The notes beneath the pieces were generated by a model. The model saw only the letters and a program-made list of their open reading frames with translations, was not told the origin of the DNA and searched no databases. A program made the position numbers and the translations under genes. From Eledone cirrhosa (Eukaryota), in the NCBI GenBank assembly GCA_964016885.1, contig OZ024761.1, positions 21,638,001-21,702,000 on the forward strand: DNA of 64,000 bases. The letters run 5' to 3'. Below, in pieces: positions 52,969 through 64,000 of the stretch; position 1 is the first letter of the stretch; the number at the start of each line of letters is the position of its first letter.

Positions 52969-53656
52969 ACCCATCTCCTGCCATTCCATGTATATATATA
53001 TATATGTATGTATACCCCCTCTCTCTATTATATATAGAGAGGGAGGGTCAGGACCTCTACGGCTGAGCTCCGGCCGTTTCGAAACGGCCGGAGCTCAGCC
53101 GTCGGGGTCCTGACTCTTTTCCTATTACCCACTCTACTTCCCTCTGGTGGTTGTGGTCCACCTGGTTCCTTACCAATGCTTTCCAGCATAGTTACGTCCC
53201 TTTACGATCTGAGTTCAAATCCCGCCGAGGTTGACTTTGCCTTTCATCCTTACGGGGTCGATAAAATAAAGTACCAGTAATACACTGGGTAATTGCTGGC
53301 CTTGTGGCTAAAGTAGAAACAATTATATATATATATATTAAAGAATCTCCCTTTTCTTTAATTCTATCGACCATGACTGACCCCCCACTGACTTTATAGA
53401 CATCTGTTAGCTTAAGAGAAACTTATTGACAAGGAATGGTATGCCATCCGGAACCTGTTTATAGAATTCTGTCTGCCTTTGTTACTCTAAAAACATAAAT
53501 AAATATAAATAAAAATAAAAATAAACTATAGCTTTGTAGAATTAGCTTTTAATGAATTCCCTTTTCTATCAACCAATGACCTGCACCCATCCCACTCCCC
53601 ACCCTCTCCTACCACTTGTAGAGACCTATAAATACCATATTTATTTTTTGATACCC

Positions 53657-53707
53657 AGATTCCTGATGATTTCTAATGAATGAAACAGTTCTAGTCCTGT
53701 AGAATCT
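53657..53707 (+). ncRNA. Type I hammerhead ribozyme motif (family F)
   Basis: AGAUUC-CUGAUGA-U-UUC(UAAU)GAA-U-GAAA-CAG(UUCUAGUC)CUG-UA^GAAUCU: perfect 6-bp stem I, 4-bp stem III and GUA triplet; stem II closes with a U-U mismatch. Confidence 0.78.
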
Positions 53708-53789
53708 CTTCTATATTAAAACTGTTATACTCTGCTATGTATTGAGTACCTTACTTACTGTGGTTACCTCCGATTCAACCCGGAATAAC

Positions 53790-53826
<37 letters not shown>

Positions 53827-53830
<4 letters not shown>

Positions 53831-54018
53831 GGAGGTGAGTTTTATTGTAGCACAATAAAGCAATGCAAATATCGGATAAGTAGCACTCTACAATTTGTAG
53901 GACTGGAGTATAAATAATATATAAGATCAAAAGATGGTTAAAAGAGTTCCAAGTATTTATTGAAATGTGCATAATAAAATACTTGGAACTCTTTTAACCA
54001 TCTTTTGATCTTATATTA
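53827..54018. mobile_element. Family C pLTR-like fold-back relic
   Basis: Hairpin about 53916-54018 around GAAATGTGCATAATAAAATA; nearly the same sequence as 42776-42964. Confidence 0.7.
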
Positions 54019-54107
54019 TATATATATATATATCTGTGCTTGTATCTCTGTCACTATTTGTGTGTTTGTGTGTATATATTTGTGTGTTTGTGTACCGTGT
54101 TTGTGTG

Positions 54108-54138
<31 letters not shown>

Positions 54139-54428
54139 ACCGTGTTTGTGTGTATATATGTGTGTGTGTACCGAGTTTGTGTGTATATATGTGTGTGTAC
54201 CGAGTTTGTGTGTATATATGTGTGTGTGTGTATCTATTAGTGAATGTGTATGTTTGTATGTGTCTATGTATGAGTGTGTGTATGTTGCTAAAGAAATTCG
54301 TCTTGTTGACAGCGAAATTAGGTGAACATAGATAGCAAATATTAAACAACAAACAAAGCTGGCTGATGAGTATAAAAGCGGAAGTGTTTTATATCTCTGG
54401 AATACGGTGACATATATATATACATGTG

Positions 54429-54459
<31 letters not shown>

Positions 54460-54564
54460 CATCATCATCATCATCATCGTTTAACGTCTATCTTCCACGC
54501 TAGCATATATATATATATGTGTGTGTATGTCTATATATGTGTGTGTATGTATATATATATATAC

Positions 54565-54618
<54 letters not shown>

Positions 54619-54650
54619 GCATATGGATATATGTATATATATGCAAATGC

Positions 54651-54682
<32 letters not shown>

Positions 54683-54763
54683 GTATATACATATATATGT
54701 ACATATATATATGTATATATATGTATATGTATATATGTATGTATATATATATACATGCATATA

Positions 54764-54810
<47 letters not shown>

Positions 54811-54946
54811 GTATATATATATATATATGTACATATATATATGTATATATATATATATGTACATATATATATGTATATATATATATATGTACATATATAT
54901 ATATATGTATATATATATATATGTACATATATATATATATATGTAC

Positions 54947-55022
<76 letters not shown>

Positions 55023-55130
55023 CTAGGGAGTTTCCTCTAACAGATAGATTTGTCTAAAAGTTCAAGATGGCTGCCACTTTAGTACATTTTATTACGTACA
55101 CATACACTTATACCATCTCTTTCTCCATTC

Positions 55131-55172
<42 letters not shown>

Positions 55173-55492
55173 ATGTGTGTAGCTCTCTTTATTTATCTAT
55201 TACCTATCTCTTTCTCTATCTCCCTCTCTCTATCTATCTCTATTATCCCTCTCTCCCTCTCTCTATCTATCTATTTCTCTCTCTCCATCTCTCTATCTAT
55301 CTCTATCTCTATTATCTCTCTCTCCCTCCCTCTCTCTATCTCTCTCTCTCTCACTCTCTATTTATCTCTATTTATCTCTCTCTCCCTCTCTCTCTCTCCC
55401 TCTCTCTCTCTCTATTATCTCTCTCTCTATCTCTCTCTCTCTCCCTCTCTATCTATTATATCTCTCTCCGCACATCTCTCAAGAGGGAGAGC

Positions 55493-55598
<106 letters not shown>

Positions 55599-55980
55599 TA
55601 TAACCAAAAGTTAAACAAGGTTCATTGATTACTCAATCAATAAAGTTTTACAATAGATTAGAAGCACTCAACAGTGGTTTCTGGAGTTATTAATATTAAT
55701 TCAAGATATTAATAAATATAGACATTCATGTGATCAAACATATATAATAAAATAGCCGTCGAAACGGCTTGAGCTCTGCCGTCGGGTCATACCTCTTCCT
55801 ATATATATATATATGTTTTGCAAGGTTTTTATATGAAATCGTGTGTCGAAACAAATATTGTTATACTTGGGGAGGGTCATATTGTTGTAATATTATTGCC
55901 AGAAATAATGAAACCAACCAAACAGTGAGTGTGTTCCGTTATTATTTCTGGAAATATTATTACAACAATATGACCCTCCC

Positions 55981-56039
<59 letters not shown>

Positions 56040-56181
56040 CATTATCACGTTCAACAGCTCGTGCTACGACATTATAACAGGGCCATGTTCTACATTTAAA
56101 GGACAAGTTGAAGTCAGTCTTCTTCAGTCTATTTATAAATATATTTTATAACTAACATATTTGTCTTGTCTTGTCTTGGTT

Positions 56182-56700
56182 TGGTGGTGGTGGTGGTACT
56201 GGTGGTTGTAGTGGTGATGGTGGTGGTGGTTGTAGTGGTGATGGTGGTGGTGGTTGTAGTGGTGATGGTGGTGGTGGTTGTAGTGGTGATGGTGGTGGTG
56301 GTTGTGGTGGTACTGGTGGTGGTGGTTGTGGTGGTGGTTGTTGTGGTGGTTGTTGTGGTACTGGTGGTGGTGGTTGTTGTGGTACTGGTGGTGGTGGTTG
56401 TGGTGGTACTGGTGGTGGTGGTGGTTGTTGTGGTGGTTGTAGTGGTACTGGTGGTGGTGGTTGTAGTGGTGATGGTGGTGGTGGTTGTGGTGGTACTGGT
56501 GGTGGTGGTTGTTGTGGTACTGGTGGTGGTGGTTGTTGTAGTACTGGTGGTGGTGGTGGTTGTTGTGGTGGTTGTAGTGGTACTGGTGGTGGTGGTTGTT
56601 GTGGTACTGGTGGTGGTGGTGGTGGTGGTTGTTGTGGTACTGGTGGTGGTCGTACTGGTGGTGGTGGTTGTAGTGGTGATGGTGGTTGTGATGGTAGTGG
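56182..56700. repeat. (GGT)n-based compound trinucleotide tract
   Basis: Direct observation. Confidence 0.95.
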
Positions 56701-56743
56701 CGGTTTAGTGGAGGTAGGGTTGAAGAAATAGTAGAAAAAAATG

Positions 56744-56779
<36 letters not shown>

Positions 56780-58968
56780 TCAGTTGACAGAACTAGCATG
56801 GGTTTCACTGCTAGAACCGGTTGCATCTCAGCATACTTAATAGGTAATTTTAAATATATATATATATATGTGTGTATATATATATATATAACGAAGGAGG
56901 TGTGGTAAGGAACCAGGTGGACCATAACACACCAGAGTACTCAATACTTAGGGTAGTAGAGTGGGAATAGGAAAAAGTATGACCTCGACGGCAGAGCTCA
57001 AGCCGTTTCGACGGAATTTAGTCCAGAAATTTAGTCCAGAAATAGCCGTCGAAACGGCTTGAGCTCTGCCGTCAGGGTCATACTTTTTCCTATATATATA
57101 TATATACATATATATATATGTGTGTGTGTGTGTAATTATTTCCGTGGAAAAGGTTAAGGAAAGAAGAGAGCTGAGTTATTACCCTGAAGGTAGGGGGGGG
57201 GGCATTATACCCCCTTTTGTCACTGTTTACATTTTACCAGGAATGTGTCACCTCTAAAACCCCGAAAAATAAATGATAATAATGGTTTCTTATATAGGCA
57301 CAAGGCCAGCAATTTAGGGGGAGAGGAAAGTCGGTTAAAATCCACCCTGATGCATTACTGGTACTTTATTTCATCAACCCCTTCCTCCCGTAAGGATGAA
57401 AGGCAAAGCTGACTTCGATGGCATTTGAATTCAGAACGTAAAGGGCCGTAACTCTATGCCGCGAAGCATGGTGTCTGACGCTCTACCGATTACTGCCAAT
57501 CCATAATAATGATAATAATAATAATTGTTTCTACTTTAGGCACAAGGCCAGCAATTACCCCAGTACATTACTGGTAGATTTCATTTATCGGCCACAAGAA
57601 CCGACATGTAGGGGACCATACACAGACAGGGGCAGTGGAGGGGTTACAACAGGGGCAGTGGGGGGGTTACAGTAAGCTAGAGTGCAATGGCGAGACTAAT
57701 TTAACAATGAAGATATAAAGATATAAAATAAACTATGCAATGAATATAACAAAATAAATTCCCCAATAGGGAGGGGGGGGGGACCCAGGGGTGACTCGGG
57801 TACCCCACCAATCCTGAACCACCCGACGTTTCTAGGACACCCGGGGAGGGCACCCCTCTCCTCCTCAAATTAGCCAGCCTATAGGTGCAATAATAATAAT
57901 AATAATCCTTTCTCTATTGGCCACGGGAGGGGGGGGGGGCTACATATGAGGTGGGTGGGGGATAGAAAACGACAGGTAATAATAAAAGAAAACACAGGTA
58001 GGAGGCGAGGTCGGGGACGCTGTCCTCGCCTCCTACCTTCCCTCATTATGACATAGAGAAAACTAGGTGGAGGGTACACGTAGCTATGTCCTCCTCTCGT
58101 CGAGGTCTTTCACTCCCCCACACCACCACCCTCATTCATTGGTTCATCAGAGCTGGAGGCCATTCCCCTCCTCCTCGACCTCCCCACCCCACCACTCGGT
58201 CTCTATCCCACCCCACCCCCCACCCCCCCATCTATTACAGTTACAATTGTTAATAAACCTCCTACACGGATGTTTAGTGCCACTATTATCTGTTTAACAC
58301 CGTCTGTCTGTCTGTCACCCTGTCAGTCAGTCAGTCAGTCAGTCTGTCTGTCTGTCAGTCAGTCTGTCTGTCTGTCAGTCAGTCAGTCAGTCAGTCAGTC
58401 TGTCTGTCTGTCTGTCAGTCTTCTATCTACACCACTTTTGTTATCTGTGTTATCTGGTGTAAGGAGCTGATGTCAGTAGGTGCTGCAGATGACGACACCA
58501 AAGAGACACAAACAACAGCAGAAAATAATACCTACATGACGGTGGCTGGCTGTATATATATATGTTTGTGTGTGTGTATAACAAAGAAGGTGTGGTAAGA
58601 TACAAAAATGAACCAGAGCACTCAATACTTAGGGTAGTAGAGTGGGTAATAGGTTGTACAACTTCATTTAGACCGAGCTGAGGATCCGAATAAGGTTTGA
58701 GAAACATCTATAACCAGGATTGAGCAATAAATCTCCTATGTAACATCTCCACTTTGTTCTTTGTTCATTGCCCAATGGTAATGGACCCCAGGGGATCCAC
58801 GGTAGCATTGCAGGGGCCAATGCTTTGCTTTCAAAAATACCTGAAATCTTAGAGAAAGAATAAAAAAAATTTTTAATAAATAAAACAATTAAACAAAGCA
58901 TTTGGTCAACCAATTCCCCCGGGAAATCCACCTTAAGTAGGATATATATAGAATATATATAACATTAA

Positions 58969-59331
58969 GAAAGACATGAACGACACCACATCAGTTTGTT
59001 TTGAAAGTAGGTTTATAAGTATGAATTTTCATAAGTTTCTTGTAGTAGCCCAGTGGTAAGTACTAGAGGCGGTGGAGATCCTGACCTTGGGTTCAATCCT
59101 GGTCAAGAGGTACTTTTTCAGTTTTTATTTTACAACCAATAGAAAAAAACTGAAAAGGCTTACTGGGAACCCTACTCTCGGCCAGGATTGAACTTCAGAC
59201 CTTGATCACCACTGTCTGTGATTCTCCCAACTCGGCCACCGAGACGTCTACAAAAGAATACTGAAAATTGATAATTATAAACCTACTTTCAAAATCAAAG
59301 TTTAAAAGATGCGGTGGCGTTCATGGCTTTC
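58969..59331. mobile_element. Fold-back element carrying two convergent tRNA-like Pol III cassettes
   Basis: Inverted arms 58969-59031 / 59262-59331; A/B boxes at 59046-59056 and 59090-59099 (+) and at 59238-59227 and 59194-59185 (-), each followed by T-runs. Confidence 0.65.
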
Positions 59332-59516
59332 CTAGATCTATTAGTAATATTTAGGGTCGACTTCTGGTCATTATTGAAAGTCTCTGGGTTTCGCAAAATA
59401 CATAATATTTTTTATTGGAGAAGGTAAAATATTCTTCCACAAAAATTTGATTGCACTGTTTTGTTTCCACTTACGTATTTTTCGAAATGTTATTTATTCA
59501 TTGTAAAAGTTAAATC

Positions 59517-60420
59517 ATAGCATTCTATATGTAGGTGGGCCCCCGTGATAGCATTCTATATGTAGGTGGGCCCCCGTGATAGCATTCTATATGTAGGTGG
59601 GCCCCCGTGATAGCATTCTATATGTAGGTGGGCCCCGTGATAGCATTCTATATATAGGTGGGCCCCGTGATAGCATTCTATATCTAGGTGGGCCCCGTGA
59701 TAGCATTCTATATGTAGGTGAGCCCTGTAATAGCATTCTATATGTAGGTGAGCCCCGTAATAGCATTCTATATCTAGGTGGGCCCCGTGATAGCATACTA
59801 TATCTAGGTGGGCCCCGTGATAGCATTCTATATATAGGTGGGCCCCGTGATAGCATTCTATATATAGGTGGGCCCTGTGATAGCATCCTATATGTAGGTG
59901 GGCCCCGTGATAGCATTCTATATGTAGGTGAGCCCCGTAATAGCATTCTATATGTAGGTGAGCCCCGTAATAGCATTCTATATCTAGGTGGGCCCCGTGA
60001 TAGCATCCTATATATAGGTGGGCCCCGTGATAGCATCCTATATATAGGTGGGGCCCGTGATAGCATTCTATATCTAGGTGGGCCCCGTGATAGCATCCTA
60101 TATGTAGGTGGGCCCCGTGATAGCATTCTATATCTAGGTGGGTCCCGTAATAGCATTCTATATCTAGGTGGGCCCCCGTGATAGCATTCTATATCTAGGT
60201 GGGCCCCGTGATAGCATACTATATATAGGTGGGCCCCGTGATAGCATCCTATATGTAGGTGGGCCCCGTGATAGCATACTATATGTAGGTGGGCCCCGTG
60301 ATAGCATTCTATATATAGGTGGGCCCCGTGATAGCATACTATATATAGGTGGGCCCCGTGATAGCATACTATATATAGGTGGGCCCCGTGATAGCATACT
60401 ATATGTAGGTGGGCCCCCGT
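59517..60420. repeat. 30-bp minisatellite (GATAGCATTCTATATNTAGGTGGGCCCCGT)
   Basis: About 30 copies; followed by a hAT-like terminus CCCAGTCCGCCACTG ending at 60462. Confidence 0.95.
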
Positions 60421-60780
60421 CATCCCCTGGCAACCAATATTTTTAGACCCAGTCCGCCACTGTCGATTTGTCGATCGACTTTCGTCAAATTGGACCGAGG
60501 AAACAATGTTTCCGTCGGTCATTCCAGTTGCTAATACTATCTATCGGTGGCAACTCCAGGTAGAAGGAGCAACGTGAAATAAAGTGTCTTGCTTAATAAC
60601 ACATCACCTGGTCCAGGAATCAAACTCACAACCTCACAATTGCGAATCCACACGCCTTCACTCCGCCACTGTGTGTGTATATATAATCTAACTACTCCAT
60701 TATATAACTACTTCTAATTAAATAGCTCTGTTCTATACATAGAGCACTCTTTTTTCCTTTGCTTTTCCTTCGGGATTACC

Positions 60781-60848
<68 letters not shown>

Positions 60849-60900
60849 TGTAGGCAGTGCGATGAAATACTATATATACATACATACATACATACATGTA

Positions 60901-60936
<36 letters not shown>

Positions 60937-60964
60937 TGTATGTATGTATGTATGTATATATATG

Positions 60965-60997
<33 letters not shown>

Positions 60998-61020
60998 ATA
61001 TATGTATGTATGTACATGTA

Positions 61021-61053
<33 letters not shown>

Positions 61054-61066
61054 ATGTATGTATATA

Positions 61067-61146
<80 letters not shown>

Positions 61147-61168
61147 TGTATGTATGTATGTATATGTA

Positions 61169-61204
<36 letters not shown>

Positions 61205-61270
61205 TGTATGTATATATATGTATATATATGTATATATATATATATGTATGTATGTATATATGCATGTATG

Positions 61271-61764
61271 TTTTTCTGGTTTTATAATTTCACAAAGTTT
61301 TACCAATAGAGAGAGAGACGGTTTCTAACATAGACACAAGACTCTCTCATTGGAATTTACACAACATCAACTAGGTAGATATGTATGTCTGTCTGTATGC
61401 ATGCATGTGTAGATATGGATGTTATTGTATGTGTGGATGTGTATGTTTTGAGTTGTATGTGTGCATGTGTATATGCTTTGTATCTGTACATGTGTATATG
61501 CAGTTATTAGATGCAAAATTTTTGAAATGTTTTACATATTTTTACTGTTCCATTAATGGATTGTACTTGTAGTTTCCTAACTAGTTGTGTTCTTTCTGTT
61601 CCTGTGAAGCCTAGCTTCTCAAGATTTGTATTGAGGCAGTTACTAACATACCCCAGTGCCCCAATAATCACAGGCATACATCTGAAGGTGTAATCAGGGT
61701 GGAGTATCTGCAGATTTCTCATCAGTTCTGCATAAATATTCTCCTTTTCACTAATCTTTGATAG
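61271..61764 (-). mobile_element. 5'-truncated RLE-type (R4/Dong/NeSL-like) non-LTR retrotransposon in a (TACA)n array
   Basis: [17 protein letters not shown]...[11 protein letters not shown]...[11 protein letters not shown] (61764-61507) followed by a 3' UTR; (TATG)n on both sides. Confidence 0.75.
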
Positions 61765-61864
61765 TATGTATGTATGTATGTATGTATGTATGTATGTATG
61801 TATGTATATATGTATGTATATATATCTATATGTATGTATGTATGTATATTTGTATGTATATATG

Positions 61865-61931
<67 letters not shown>

Positions 61932-61948
61932 ATATGTATATATATATG

Positions 61949-62029
<81 letters not shown>

Positions 62030-62074
62030 ATATGTATATATATATGTATGTATGTATATATGTATATATATATG

Positions 62075-62139
<65 letters not shown>

Positions 62140-62232
62140 ATATATATGTATGTATATATATATATATATATATGTATGTATATATATATGTATGTATATA
62201 TATATATATATATATGTATGTATATATATATG

Positions 62233-62287
<55 letters not shown>

Positions 62288-62332
62288 ATATGTATATATA
62301 TATGTATGTATGTATATATGTATATATATATG

Positions 62333-62399
<67 letters not shown>

Positions 62400-62929
62400 A
62401 TATGTATATATAGGGCAAAGGAGCTCTTAAGAGTCAATGGCCATCCAAAATCACCGGGAGAGATGACCCCTTAGCCTTTGTCAAGGCAGAATTCTAGGAG
62501 AAGGAAAACTCTGATATAACACCTGCAACCCTGATGGTATCCAATGATGTTGACTTGTTCTTCTTTTTGGTAAATATCATCTTGGTTAAGAGAGTGGGAC
62601 TGGCTTTGTGCAGTGCCTTTGCTCACTATAAAAGCTTCACGGCACAGGCATTGCTTTATATCTGGAGATCTCTCTGCACTTGTCGTCACATGGTACCATG
62701 GGCCCAACACTATGTGTCAATAATTGTCACAAGTGTAGTCTTTGTACCAGAGTTTTCAAGTCGCTGGCTGGACTAAAAAGTCACTCGTTCAGCGCATCAG
62801 TAGGGGTTCTCCTACATGGATATAAAGTAGTGGCCGTACTCGAAAACGAGTTGGCAGCCACCATATATATATGTATGTATGTATATATGTATATATATAT
62901 GTATGTATGTATATATGTATATATATATG

Positions 62930-62987
<58 letters not shown>

Positions 62988-62990
<3 letters not shown>

Positions 62991-63992
62991 AGCCCAGCCA
63001 AAGTCAGTAGTGGGGTCCCACAAGGCACTGTGTTGGGCCCACTTCTCTTCATCATCTATATTAATGACATCACTGACATCATCAAACACAGCAACATTAA
63101 AATTTTCGCTGATGATTCCAAGCTCCAAAAGGTCATCAATGGCGTGGATGACCGGATAAGCCTTCAGTCAGACCTACTGGCTGTTACCCAATGGGCAGAA
63201 AAGAACAACATGTTACTGAACGAAGACAAATTCGAACTGATCCACTTTGGAAAAGAGGATGCTCTGAAACTCCCGTACTCCCTTCCCTCCGGGGAAACTC
63301 TCGTGGCATCTAACAACATCAGAGACTTGGGAGTAACCGTGGACAGCAACATAAGCTGGACCACGCATATAAGCAGCAAAGTTGACATGGCCCGCAGAAT
63401 GTGTTCCTGGATCCTCAGAACCTTCCAGTCGAGAGATTCCCGCACCATTATCCTTCTCTTCTCTACTTTTGCCCGACCACACCTTGAATACTGTTGTCCA
63501 CTGTGGTCTCCCCACACGAAACAAAGTATCATGAAACTTGAAGCTCCTCAAAGGGCAATCACGAAAAAGATAGATGGCATGTCAGACCTTGACTACTGGG
63601 GTCGATTAGAAAATCTGAAACTTTACTCACTCCAACGTCGCCGTGAGCGTTATATTATCTGCATGATGTGGAAAATGTTCCATCATCACTGCCCAAATGA
63701 TGTTGGCATCGCCTTCCAGATACACCCAAGGCTTGGGCCCCGTGCTATCCGTCCCATTCAAAAATCTAAATCGCAACTCATAACAACAATACGGCACAAT
63801 TATTTCACCTCAATCGGCCCTGCTCTCTTCAACATCACACCAGGACACGTCAAAACAGAAACTGACCACACAAAATTCAAGAAGTCTTTGGACAAATTCC
63901 TCCAAGTAATCCCGGACAAACCACCCACACCCGGATATGTCTCCGCAAACAGTAATTCTCTTCTCGAATGGGCCATGGTGCCCAAATCCTGA
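62988..63992 (+). mobile_element. CR1/L2-group LINE ORF2, 5'-truncated reverse transcriptase plus C-terminal domain
   Basis: Uninterrupted frame with [41 protein letters not shown] and LYSLQRRRER; begins abruptly at (TA)n. Confidence 0.93.
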
Positions 63993-64000
63993 ATTGAAAG

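Noticed and set aside
59040-59245. Functional tRNA genes (also 52908-52968)
   Set aside because: A/B boxes are present, but anticodon and/or acceptor stems do not pair well enough for a cloverleaf.

Overview
AT-rich, microsatellite-saturated animal genomic DNA, most likely from an octopod cephalopod (inferred from the repeat landscape, not from a database match). I can reconstruct four spliced protein-coding loci from GT-AG boundaries and reading phase. These are the last exon of calumenin (1143-1247, +), a three-exon stand-alone BPL_N (class I glutamine amidotransferase-like) gene (10176-6901, -), three exons of a small CS/p23-fold-like protein largely missed by the ORF track (16972-20461, +, 5' end not found), and a four-coding-exon type II membrane cholinesterase-like (neurotactin-like) gene (36382-32855, -) with a candidate TATA/Inr promoter near 51.9 kb. 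Nearly all other listed ORFs are simple-repeat artefacts. The rest is tRNA-derived SINEs, LINE fragments (CR1-group, RTE, CRE-like, R4-like), MITEs, Helitron-like elements and minisatellites. The main non-coding signal is a set of short fold-back elements inserted in (TA)n/(CA)n tracts. They carry type I hammerhead ribozyme motifs (five with a complete core, plus many 3' halves), as known for Penelope-like retroelement pLTRs. About 35-60 nt before their 3' microsatellite junction they also share a small bulged stem-loop that covaries across about six otherwise unrelated families. All structures were folded by eye and none was tested computationally.
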